A DNA stretch of 62,980 bases, filler included, from Salisapilia sapeloensis CBS 127946 (lineage: Eukaryota > Protista > Oomycota), in the NCBI GenBank assembly GCA_023334545.1. It is 11 parts of 11 records of this genome, joined end to end, with 100 filler letters (N's around TTAATTAATTAA, not from the genome) between each part and the next. Parts side by side here need not be neighbours in the genome. Positions count along the whole stretch, not along the records: positions 1 to 20,518 come from JAADVB010000299.1; positions 20,619 to 27,780 come from JAADVB010000527.1; 9 more parts are not named here. One strand, given 5' to 3'. Below are positions 11,405 to 22,201 of this stretch, piece by piece (the stretch's first letter is position 1; each line of letters begins with the position of its first letter). A program made the position numbers and the translations under genes. The notes below the pieces were generated by a model. It did not search any database. It saw nothing but the letters and a program-made list of their open reading frames with translations, and was not told the DNA's origin.

Positions 11405-12459
11405 GTGTGCCAAGTCGTCGGGAGAAAATTGATAAGTGCTGGCGTTCTCTACCTCGGTCGGGCACTTGGGGCCGAGGCGTCTCAGGAAGTGTACAGCAAA
11501 TCGGATTTTGCCCAATCAAATCGCCGTGACGACGCACGGAGCGGTCAGCCCACGAGAACCTTCTGGAGTGACAGAAAGAGAGGTATACAGCGAGAGAGGC
11601 AGAGGGAGCTTGAAGCGACGCAGCTTCAACCAAGCGGACACTGCCCATCATGAAGCTCGGCGCCAGAGGGTGAGGCTGTGCTCACGAAATATTGCTAGCC
11701 GAGATCAAGGTTGCTCTTTGAATATTCAGCCTAGGTGGATATGGTTGATTAGCTGGGTGCTATCCGACTGGATTCCTTTCTGAAGTGCTTGACCGATGGG
11801 TACGATGCCAGAGCGACTCGGTCCATCGAGAGACAGAGGGTACCACTCTACTTGACTACTAACTCGGTAGTCTGCACGAGACCAGTCTGCCCTGCACTTT
11901 TATGAGTCGGATGCCATTGCAACTCGGTCGTGGAAGCCAATAAACGATAGCTTTAGTACTGTATGCGATTGAACTTTGTACGATACGGTGGCGCTACTAT
12001 CCGTCTCTCCTATCCGCTACCCAAGTTGAATTTTTATGCTTCTTCGATCGGTCCTAAAAATCCATCATTCCTCCGTATTGAAAGAAGGTTTACGCTGTCT
12101 TTCATGCCAGTAGATAGACGCTCCAGCAGTCATCTTGTTGCCATCCATCATGAACAGCATCTTGCTTTGCCTTGACATATTATCTTAATGCCTTCTTCAA
12201 GTTAAATGGCCTCCTCTGCCTCTCGACTGACACAACCGGAAGATAGCATCTACCGCATCTCACGGCCTTGCTCTGTCTTTCGCATCTCCTATGTGACACT
12301 TGTGCTGAAACTGTCCGACATCGCTTGAGCTCACGAAACCGACTTTAGCTATCAGCAAGCAAATTTAACAGGAACTATACAAGCGTGGACGAGTTTTCCA
12401 TAAAGCATGTCGTCATGATATTCATTGCAAAGTAGCGTTTGCTAGAAAAATTGCTCTTC

Positions 12460-13767
12460 TTAATAGTCGCCACGCTTCTTGTTGCGAGAGGCACTGCTGC
12501 CTGAGCTGGAGTCAACGGTGCTGCCTGAGCTGGAGTCAGCGGACTGGGATGCATCTCCCTTCCTTTCATTAGTTTCGGTGTAGGCGCTGGGCTCAGTGGA
12601 CGTCGGACTTTTTTCCTGGTCTTTAATTGTGGCCGAGGCATCCGATGCAGCGGACTCGGATGCTTCGTCCTGGTCCTCTTCATCCTGAGCGTCCTTATAG
12701 GCGGGCTCTACGTCGCCCACGGATGGGCTATCCTTCGGATCATCCATACTGCCATCGGTAGTATCGTCGCCTGCATTGGGTTCTTCTCCAATGGACGATC
12801 CATTAGCGTCTGCATCATCATCATCATATTCGTCATCCTTGGTCTGGCTCGTGGACGAGTCAGCGTCCGCATCCGAGTCACCCGAGTGCGAGTGCTTACC
12901 GTCCTTTGGCTCACCACCGTCAACGTCTTCGTCGGCATTGAAAACGACGAAGCCAACGCCAACCTTACCCGATGGGTTTTGCTTCGTCATCATCTTGTAC
13001 ACCTTTCGAACGTACTGCTCAAACTCCCCAGACGAGTTTGCCGTAACAAAGCCTTTGTCTTCAAGATCGTCCTCATCCTCATCCTTGTCATTGTCCTTGT
13101 CCTTGTCATTGTCATTGCCCTTGTCCTCGTCCTCGTCCTCGTCCTCGTCCTTGGGTGTAGGAGTCGTGTAACCGCCGTTAGAGCTGTCATCATGACCAGT
13201 AGCAGTTGGAGGGATAGGCGGTTCCGTAGCATGATCAGGCGGACCAGCAGCGGGGGTCGGCTCGTATGCTGCATCCATCTCATTGGACTCGGAGTCTTCA
13301 GTCTCTTCGTTCGAGGACTCTTCTGAGATAGTATCAATGTAGTCGTTACCGGCATCCTCCTCAGAGTCGTCATCAGCTTCTTTGTCTCCAGACATGGATT
13401 TGGACTTGGACGATTTAGGAAGATCATCGGAATCGTGTTCCTTGTCCTTGCTCGTGCTCGATGATGCTGTTGCTGACTTTGAGGTGTCTTTATCAGTTCC
13501 AGTGACGTGATACGCATCTTCAACGCCATTTTCGGTAGTTGACATTTTACCGTAGGCCGTCTCCTCGGCAGCACTGCTGACTCCAGAGGAGGATGCACTC
13601 ATCGAAGACATCGAGTCAGCGGCATTGGCGCTATTAGTTGAAGATGATTCCGTTTTTACATTTATTTCTGTATTCAGTCGACGGATGGAAGGCGTTTCGG
13701 CCGAAGAAAGTTGAGCGGTGGCAATGGCCGAGGCAGCGAGTAGTGCGAGAGGCTTGAAAACCTGCAT
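12460..13767 (-). CDS. Secreted acidic Ser/Asp/Glu-rich low-complexity protein, function unknown
   Basis: 435-aa ORF, signal peptide MQVFKPLALLAASAIATAQLSSA, DEDED/DKD repeats, INR+FPR motif just upstream. Confidence 0.8.
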   Translation of the reverse strand: MQVFKPLALLAASAIATAQLSSAETPSIRRLNTEINVKTESSSTNSANAADSMSSMSASSSGVSSAAEETAYGKMSTTENGVEDAYHVTGTDKDTSKSATASSSTSKDKEHDSDDLPKSSKSKSMSGDKEADDDSEEDAGNDYIDTISEESSNEETEDSESNEMDAAYEPTPAAGPPDHATEPPIPPTATGHDDSSNGGYTTPTPKDEDEDEDEDKGNDNDKDKDNDKDEDEDDLEDKGFVTANSSGEFEQYVRKVYKMMTKQNPSGKVGVGFVVFNADEDVDGGEPKDGKHSHSGDSDADADSSTSQTKDDEYDDDDADANGSSIGEEPNAGDDTTDGSMDDPKDSPSVGDVEPAYKDAQDEEDQDEASESAASDASATIKDQEKSPTSTEPSAYTETNERKGDASQSADSSSGSTVDSSSGSSASRNKKRGDY

Positions 13768-13796
13768 GTTCAGTGAAGAGGTGTTGGTCTGTAGAA

Positions 13797-13813
13797 GGCA
13801 AATCGGAAAGTGA
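13797..13813 (-). promoter_or_regulatory. INR+FPR-like core promoter
   Basis: Reverse strand reads TCACTTTCCGATTTGCC, ending 29 bp before the ATG at 13767. Confidence 0.6.
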
Positions 13814-15259
13814 GCTTTTCATCCTGTCCGAGTTTCCAACCGCCTGGAGCACATGGTTTATTGCTGAGCTGGCACTACGTGGTACTCGAGGCAAGTAGTG
13901 GTGGAGTAGGCAAGTAGTAACTTGACTAAAAAGTTCTATCGTGAAGTCTACGTGTCCATTGCTATATGAGCCATAGGGATTGGTACAAATTGTTGCAGAT
14001 TGCAAAAGTTCATTCGGACACGTTTCATCTGAGGTGGAACCACCCTCGTATAATTTTTACTGCCACTTTGATCTCGTAAGGACGAGATCAAGGGCGTGTC
14101 TGTTGAGGTAGTGGTCCGTAATAATTCCAAAGTCGAATTCTGTCGTGTAGACGAACCCACAGACTGTAATTGGCAACATGCACTATGAATCAATCTTCTG
14201 GAATCGGCAAACAAGATAGTTTACTCCAGCCAATTCTGACCCCAAGTGCTATATTTAGGATTAGTTTTACTGAGCTGCTTTAGTATCAATTAGTCACTTC
14301 GAACTGCTTGGCGGTTGTAACCGGAACTTTGGCGGCAGCTCGTGCGTCAGTGCCGAACTGGATCGCATTGACGTGTCATTGAAGCTTGTTCATGCCATTT
14401 CGCAAACCAAAATCCGCATCGCTGTGCTCACGCTGGATCGATATTCGACTGCATTGGCGATTCACGCTCGCGAAATTTTTTTCTGATAATCGAAATCGGC
14501 TAGCACTGTGCTTGTTGAGTTGCCGATTTGGTGTTGTCACATGCCATGAAAATGCTTTCGTACAACATCAATACAGCTTTGCTACCATTTTAAAAAACAA
14601 AAGCGAAATATGGATACTGAGGATAAGGATGATACTTTGTCTCCGTTGTAGAGCCAGCGATCGGTGATCTATCCTCTGTTGATTTGTAGTTTCCACTACC
14701 ACGATCATTGTGCCACGATTTATGAGGTACATACAATAGCAAGGCGACATCTTCCCAGAAATACTAGCCTTCCATTGGAGTTCTCTTTGACATGTGTGTC
14801 TCATTTACTCACGCAGAAGTTGACGGCTATCAAAGCACAATATTGATTCGATTTGTGTGTGCACTAGTTCAAACAATACCGATGGCACCTTGGGCAACCG
14901 CCGAGTATGCTTACAATGACCACAGTATAGCTGTTAATGAGCACAAAGTAGACTAGTCGAGGTGATCACGAAGAACCAATGAAAAAGATAGCTCGCCACT
15001 TCTACGGAACACTGATCCATCTCAAGCTCGATCCAAGTGTCCGTTGTAGCCATATCCATCTGACATCGGTGACCGACCCACATAAACAGCAGCTGATCCG
15101 TTCATTAAACACCACCCTTTCTGAAGCACGTCGTTCCGCAAACGTGTGTGTTAAACACATACGTACATCAAGTCAAAGCACGGCCTCTATTCCAAGACTG
15201 CTTACTCAACGCTCGCCATTTTGCATAAAGTGGTCCCAAGTGCATATCCTCCCTTTGCC

Positions 15260-17315
15260 ATGACGGTGCTGTCTAAGTCCGAGGGCGCCAAGGGCGCGCT
15301 TTCTCTCACCTCTCTCGTACGTTGCACTACGCCAGGCAAAATTGGCTCTGTCTCTAATGATGATACCGTAGGTAGCCATCGCCGTCGCCATCCGACAGTC
15401 CGGCCAGCGCCACGCGAACAGCGCCTTCCAGGACGAGTCCCAGTTCATGACGAAGAAGACCGGTAGCCGGGACAAGGTGGCGGTCAACAAGGACTTTGTC
15501 CGGCGCTTCTCGCGCCTGTTCAAGATCATCGTCCCCGGCGTTTTCACGCCCGAGGTCGGTTTCGCGGCCATGGTCGCCGTCCTCTTGGCGGCTCGAACGT
15601 CGTTTGACATTCTCATCCTCCAGATCTCCACTGCCATCGAGCGCTCCATCATCGGACAGGACCCTGCCGAGTTCATGAAGCACCTAAGGCGCTTCCTCAT
15701 GGTCATGCTCCCCGTCTCGTGCGTCAACTGTCTGCTCAAGTACGGCCACACGGAGCTCACGCTCCGCTTCCGCACGCGTCTGTCCACCTACCTCTTCAAC
15801 AACTACCTGAAGGGCTTTGTCTACTACAAGGTCAGCAATTTGGACAACCGTATCTCGAACGCAGACCAGCTTCTGACCGTCGACGTCGAGCGCTTTGCCA
15901 ACTCGGTCGCGGACCTGTACTCGAACCTGAGCAAGCCGATGCTGGACATTGGCATCTACGCCACGGAGCTGGCGTCCTCCATCGGCGTCGAAGGTCCGTC
16001 TGCCATGCTGGCCTACCTCGTCCTCTCCGGTGTCTTCCTCACGTGGCTGCGTCAGCCCACTGGCCGCTTCACCATCGCTGAGCAGAAGCTGGAGGGCACC
16101 TTCCGCTACATGAACTCTCGTCTGATCACGCACAGCGAAGAGATTGCCTTCTACAACGGCAACGTCCGGGAGAAGAAGATCCTCGACTCGAGCTTCAACC
16201 GGCTCATCGACCTCCTCCGAAAGTCCCAGCAGTTCCGCTTCAGCATGAGCGTCGTGGACAACATTGTCGCCAAGTACCTCGCCACGGTTGTAGGCTACCT
16301 ACTGGTGTCTCGTCCGTTCTTGGACCCTGCCCAGAAGGACCCGAAGATGACGTACGGACAGCGGATGGAAGCTTACTTCCGCAGCGGTCGGATGCTCATT
16401 AAACTCAGTGAAGCCATGGGACGCCTGGTGCTGTCCGGGAGAGAGCTGACGCGGCTGGCGGGCTTCACGGCCCGCGTGACGGAGATGATGGACGTCCTGC
16501 AGGACCTGGACCGAGGACACTACCAGCGGACGATGATCTCCCAGGACGAGGAGGGATCGGAAGACTCGGACACAGTCAAGGTGAACGTGAGCTCTGCCGA
16601 GGCCTCTGGCTTCTACCCGAACAAGGGCGAGCTGGAGCACCAGGACCACGTCATCCAGTTCGAAGATGTGCCGCTGGTGACGCCCAACGGAGACGTGCTG
16701 GTGCCATCGCTCAATATTCGTGTCGAGTCTGGCATGAACTGCGTCGTGGCTGGGCCGAACGGGTGCGGCAAGTCGAGTCTCTTCCGCGTCCTGGGAGAGC
16801 TCTGGCCGCTCTTTGGCGGAAAGCTGACCAAGCCCGAGAGCAACGGGCTCTTCTACATTCCTCAGCGGCCGTACCTGACGCTCGGGACGCTGAGAGACCA
16901 GGTCATCTACCCCCACACGTACGAAGAGATGGTGGCGAGTGGACAGACGGACGAGGACCTCATGTTCTTCCTGGAGAAGGTGGCGCTAGGACACTTGGTC
17001 GAGAGGGAAGGCGGGTGGGACGTTGTCCACGACTGGGCAGACGTGCTGTCGGGAGGAGAAAAGCAGCGTGTGGCCATGGCCCGACTGTTCTACCACTCGC
17101 CCCAGTTTGCCATCCTGGACGAGTGCACGTCGGCCGTGAGTGTCGATGTGGAAGGCGCCATGTACACGTACTGTCGGGAGCAGAACATTACGCTCTTCAC
17201 GGTGTCCCATCGGAAGAGTCTGTGGAAGTACCACGAGTACGTCCTCCAGTTCGACGGCAGGGGCAGCTACGAGTTCAAGCAGATCGGAGACGCAGAAGAG
17301 GCCTTTGGGTCGTAG
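15260..17315 (+). CDS. Peroxisomal ABC half-transporter, ABCD (PMP70/ABCD3-like); exons 15260-15316, 15372-17315
   Basis: EAA motif EEIAFYNG, Walker A GPNGCGKS, YIPQRPY, LSGGEKQR, Walker B AILDE; 5' exon joined through a GTACGT...CGTAG intron in phase 0. Confidence 0.95.
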
Positions 17316-17387
17316 GTTCATACACGCAACAAAAGATTTCCACTATCAAAACTGTCTTTTTGGCTTTGGCAAGATACATGTTGAGGT

Positions 17388-17720
17388 CTATTCTATAGGT
17401 ACAGGAGCCAGCGACTGGAGCTTGTCGATGCCCAGGAGGAAGAGTGCGTCGGCTGCCTTTTGCTCTCTGCGGTGGACGAGCTGCTGCCGACAAGAGTCAA
17501 TGTCGTCGATCACGGCTTCCACTTCCGCCCTCGACGTCGTGTCCAGTAGACTGGCGAAAGACCGTTTCAAAAGCGCCAGACTCTCGCTTGGCATGCGCGC
17601 CTTGTCAAGCTTTGTACGCACCCAGTGCCACTGATCTTCCTGTAATACTTCATCTGCATGACGTAGCACTGCCTCGGAGTCTTCACTTGCGGACGATCGG
17701 CTGCACGTAGACTGCGGCAT
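17388..17720 (-). CDS. Hypothetical helical protein (110 aa)
   Basis: Protein-like composition in a gene-dense GC-rich region, convergent with the ABCD gene; no recognisable motif and uncertain start. Confidence 0.45.
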   Translation of the reverse strand: MPQSTCSRSSASEDSEAVLRHADEVLQEDQWHWVRTKLDKARMPSESLALLKRSFASLLDTTSRAEVEAVIDDIDSCRQQLVHRREQKAADALFLLGIDKLQSLAPVPIE

Positions 17721-18142
17721 GTTTGATGGAGATGTTCGAAATGTCCGAGTGAGCTGAAGCCAGTCAGACAGATAAGATCTGAGACAGCCACCTGGACTGG
17801 ATACACCGCGTCCTCCAGGAATAGATTAGAGACGCTCCTGCGACGGCGGAAGATCCGAAATTAGACACTCCTAGTAGTTGTAACGCACTACGAGTAAATT
17901 GCTGAGGGCACTCGGATCAAGAGACAAGTCGTTCTTGTGGTTAATACTTATAAAACATGTCGAGCTGGTGGCAAGTGAAGCAAATCTACTAGTGTTTAAC
18001 CTGTTCATCTTTTGCTTGGTTCACCAAGACTTACTCGAGTTTTAATAACGCACCCATCGTCTCCAATTGAAATCATCGTGATGCTGGATGACATGGATCA
18101 TCTGTTGAGAAGCTCTATTGCACAAACGCACATCGGAAGAAT

Positions 18143-19015
18143 ATGGCGCTACCCATGTACCAGGTGGACGCGTTCACACCCGAACCGTTCCAAGGAAACC
18201 CCGCGGCCGTCGTGATCCTACCGTCGGACGCTTTCCATAGCCCGAATGTCAGCGACTGGATGCTCCGTGTCGCGGCTGAAAACAATCTGAGCGAGACGGC
18301 ATTCGTCTGCGAAAAAGGAACGAACGAGTATCATTTGCGCTGGTTTACACCAACGACAGAGATCGAGCTCTGTGGTCATGCAACGCTCGCATCGGCGCAC
18401 GTGCTCTTCGAAACGCAGCGTGTGGCTCGAGACGCTTTCATCCGATTCTACACCTTGAGTGGGGTCTTGACCTGCTCCTCGACTACCTCGCCCGTAGACT
18501 CGTCACGACCAATGGTCCAAATGGATTTCCCGCTTCAAGAACTTACCAGCTCAACAATATCCTCAAAGGAGGTTGCCAACGCTCTTAACATTCCATCAAG
18601 TAACACCATCAGCCTACAGACTTCGCCGCTCTTCCTTCTTGTTCACGTTGATCCTCCAACCTTTGAATCCGTGCAGCCAAATTTCAAGCTTCTTATGGAA
18701 ATCGAGGCCAACGCGGTGATCGTGACTGCCAAGCCATCTGCGGATCGTGCCTCCAATCTCGATTTCCAAAGTCGGTGCTTTGGCCCTCGACTGGGCATTG
18801 ACGAAGACCCTGTTACTGGAAGTGCCCACTGTGCGCTGGCTACGTACTGGTCCAAGCTGCTTGGAAAAAAGGAGCTGTATGCACAGCAAACATGCCCAAA
18901 GCGCGGAGGCTTCGTCGGAATGCGATTGCAAGAGGACGATGCCGGGAGAGTTATGATCCAGGGCGAAGCGGTGACCGTCTTTAGCGCTACGCTGAATTCA
19001 GCGCCGCAAGCGTAG
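18143..19015 (+). CDS. PhzF/PhzC-family (phenazine biosynthesis-like) epimerase/isomerase
   Basis: QVDAFT..PFQGNPAAV, NLSETAF, LRWFTPT.EIELCGHATLA, EDPVTGSAHC. Confidence 0.95.
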   Translation: MALPMYQVDAFTPEPFQGNPAAVVILPSDAFHSPNVSDWMLRVAAENNLSETAFVCEKGTNEYHLRWFTPTTEIELCGHATLASAHVLFETQRVARDAFIRFYTLSGVLTCSSTTSPVDSSRPMVQMDFPLQELTSSTISSKEVANALNIPSSNTISLQTSPLFLLVHVDPPTFESVQPNFKLLMEIEANAVIVTAKPSADRASNLDFQSRCFGPRLGIDEDPVTGSAHCALATYWSKLLGKKELYAQQTCPKRGGFVGMRLQEDDAGRVMIQGEAVTVFSATLNSAPQA

Positions 19016-19653
19016 AAAGGACGGGCGAGTACAAGCAAGTGTAACGAATTCAATACATCTCGTTGCAACGCATGTCCGATTCTACTAGTTATGATCGTGT
19101 TACTACTAGGTAGCATGATTGGAAGAAGGCATTTCGATTGGAGTATCACACGAGGTAGTCACGATAGGCATGCTCCTATACATCATAATTAATGAATTTT
19201 AGGACTGCACAACAACGTGGAATGGAGCAGTGACGATGGTAACTCGATCTCAAGCCTGCACCACTACTTCATAATTTATAGAAGTGTCTGCCTCCACCAA
19301 TCGGAGGTAGAAAGTAGGGTTTGCCTGATCTTTTGGCAGGAAGTCGACCATAAGACCAGTCGCGCTCCCTGATGTTTGGCAAGCATTCAAGTGGAAACTT
19401 GATGGTAGGTGTCTAGTCGGAAGTTTCCAGTTGAGAGATGTGGTGCAAGAATCCCAACTTGAAGACCCTCTAGTATAGATCAGCCGCCTGTCAATTCACA
19501 GCTTCAAAGGTCCACCCTTGGATTTCGCAGCGGTATATCTACCAATGATGCCATTGTACGTCAAAGACCTTCGATTGCTTCTCATCGCATAACAAGAGGG
19601 AATACTACCGGTCTACAGTATACGATGCATCTCGTCATTACTCAAAAGTGCCA

Positions 19654-20518
19654 ATGACCACAAGCGTGTTGACCCTTTTCTTTGTTTCGGCTCTCATCTC
19701 TTCGGCGTCTGCTACTACGAGCATCTCGTCCGGTGATCCGTTTACCTCTATCAACGCGACAAGCTCCCAGCCAGCTACAAATCGTATAAATGGTCAAATC
19801 GTACCATTCAAGCAACGAAATAAAGTTCCATACGTTGCTAAAATCACAGGAGGTGGATCGGGATGTACTGGTGTACTTATCCGACCTGAATGGATCCTTA
19901 CAGCTGCCCACTGTATCAAAGATGTAAGGAGAACTGTAACTTTAAGGAATGGCACATTCAAAGAAACGTTGAAAAGCAAGAGAGGTATACCTAGACCGGA
20001 ATATTATAAAATTGGAAATTCTCCTCAAGGGAATGACGTTGGTTTGGTTCAGCTGATCAAGCCAAGCATATTTGATCCCGTTGCAATGCTGGAACACGCG
20101 GAAAGTCGAACTCAATCAATCGGTACAGCGTATGGTTATGGCTATCATGTCCGATCGGATAAGTTGGTCATTTCAAAGAAGCTACGGACGACTTCACTAA
20201 AACTTACATGGAATGATTACGACATGTGTCCTAAAGGTCTCCCCAGAACAGTATTCTGCCCGCTAGTACAAAAAGAAAGAGATGGAATGTGCCCTGGCGA
20301 TTCTGGTGGCCCTCTAATGATTGAGGAAAGTGAACCGCTCGTATATGGTATACAATCCGCTGCTCGTTCATGCCTGACAAGTAAGAAAAAACACCCACAA
20401 TTCGAGCTAGTACCACATCACTATAGATGGATTGTGGATACCATCAACAAGTATGAAGCACAAGATGCGGAATATATAGCTATTCTGAAGAATGGTGCTA
20501 AGCACCCACTGCCATATA
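19654..20518 (+). CDS. Secreted S1 (trypsin-fold) serine protease, 3' end cut by the contig edge
   Basis: Signal peptide; CTGVLI, LTAAHC (His), NDVGL (Asp), GDSGGP (Ser); the ORF runs into the linker. Confidence 0.88.
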
Positions 20519-20618
20519 NNNNNNNNNNNNNNNNNNNNNNNNNNNNNNNNNNNNNNNNNNNNTTAATTAATTAANNNNNNNNNNNNNNNNNNNNNNNNNN
20601 NNNNNNNNNNNNNNNNNN
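20519..20618. other. Artificial contig linker N44-TTAATTAATTAA-N44; identical linkers at 27781-27880, 33207-33306, 35311-35410, 43772-43871, 45718-45817, 55948-56047, 57648-57747, 59704-59803, 60971-61070
   Basis: Ten identical 100-bp N-padded six-frame-stop spacers. Confidence 0.99.
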
Positions 20619-20808
20619 AACACAACTTTTGTCAGTGCACTTACATTGTCGTCGTGTTACGTGGAAATGTCATGCTCGATAGCTTCTTATCGTCGATGCC
20701 TTGATTAGCATATTTCCCATAAGAAGATTGGGTATGCTCAGCATAAATGCCTGCAAATGTCGAGAGCAAGAGGAAAGCATATATGATTTCTCGACTGATG
20801 TACTTCAT
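20619..20808 (-). CDS. First exon (20808-20645, signal peptide) of a tandem paralog of the LRR gene at 24387; the rest lies beyond the contig edge
   Basis: MKYISREIIYAFLLLSTFAGIYAEH...; the 164-bp exon ends in phase 2 at GTAAGT, the same length and phase as exon 1 of the 24387 gene; upstream DNA is also homologous. Confidence 0.75.
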
Positions 20809-22201
20809 CGTGGTTGAATGAACGAAGTGGTTGCTGATGAGAAAATCGTGAAGTGAGGATAATGAACAATGTTCAAAATGTCGATCAATGCAGAGTGAGA
20901 CATCGGAGGGAAATCTCACTTCGAAAGGTACAATGCGTTCATAGTATATCAACGCTTAAGCTAAAGTCACGTTGGTCGAAGTTCTTTCGTGCCATGTGCG
21001 GTCGGGAACCTATATAATGCATCATCGAACGCGCTCAAACAATCTATAATTAAACTTGTTCATCAAATTGAATGGCGGAATCAAGTTGAGTACCTTCTAG
21101 TAGCATAAACGAAGGAATCTGTGCCTATTCCACGGGCCGCTACCGCAAGAACTCCGCAGTATTTCTGTATATGGTGCCTGCTGCTTCACACGGCGCCGGG
21201 TGAAGTCAGCCGTCAGAGCTAGTAAAACTCAAAATTAAATATGTGCCTATTGAATATTTTATATCTCCGATGACACTTATCGAACATTGCACAGATAAAA
21301 AGCTACATGGCCAGAGCATTTCTGACATGGGCCCTTGTCAGGTAGTACTGAGATTAATATATTTACCACGAGACCGCTGAATAGGCAAGATGGTAGGAGA
21401 GTTTAATAAATGGAACTTTCGGTAGCATCGACGGGCTACAAAACCTTCAATGGTGCATTCTAAACCCATTTGTATTCGGCAGACTTCAAAAATAATCTAA
21501 GGTATGAATGGAAAGTAAACTATAACATTTTTCTGACTGTTACTCGTAGCCAACGTGGATCTAGCAATGATTAAATTGAATTAAATTAGAATGGAGATAC
21601 ATTGACGCCAAATGACTTAATGAATGTACAAATAATGCGTTCTGCTTCGATCTATAGATAATGGCTCGCCTAAAAGACAGGCACGATTCCAGACACCAGC
21701 CTCGGGCGGACATTGAGATGGTAGGTATTTCAACATGAATTTACTTTGCTGACTCAACTATGAGCTTCTTGCTGGGTACTTTATGATATATCGTGCTAGC
21801 TATCCTCCATCAAGTATCCGATTAGCTACTGTAGACATGTATTGGTGCTGAAACTTTCTAGTACTCTTGTAATGAGCTTCGGACCATGGACATGAGTGCG
21901 GATTATTTTCTCCATAGACATGCTAATACCATCACCTGCACTAGTATTCTTCATTTTACCTCGATTTCTGCAGTTGACAACAAAAAAGCAAAAAGTGTTT
22001 TGATTTTGTGGAATTGTGCAGTGCCTTTGACGTATTTAGTTTTATCAAATTCTTCCTGCTTGACAGTCTATCGTTACTTGTATTCAAGCGATGTTCATGA
22101 AATTCTAGCTTCATCCTGCTTGGATGATTTCTTGGAACTCCTGCAAAGCAATGCAAATGTTTGCTTACTTTGCATTAAAGAATGCCTTTATGAACACGTA
22201 C

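Noticed and set aside
13680-13700. RxLR effector motif in the acidic secreted protein (SIRRLN)
   Set aside because: Not R-x-L-R and there is no dEER motif.
20563-20574. Recurrent TTAATTAATTAA palindrome
   Set aside because: It always sits between two N44 runs, so it is an artificial linker.
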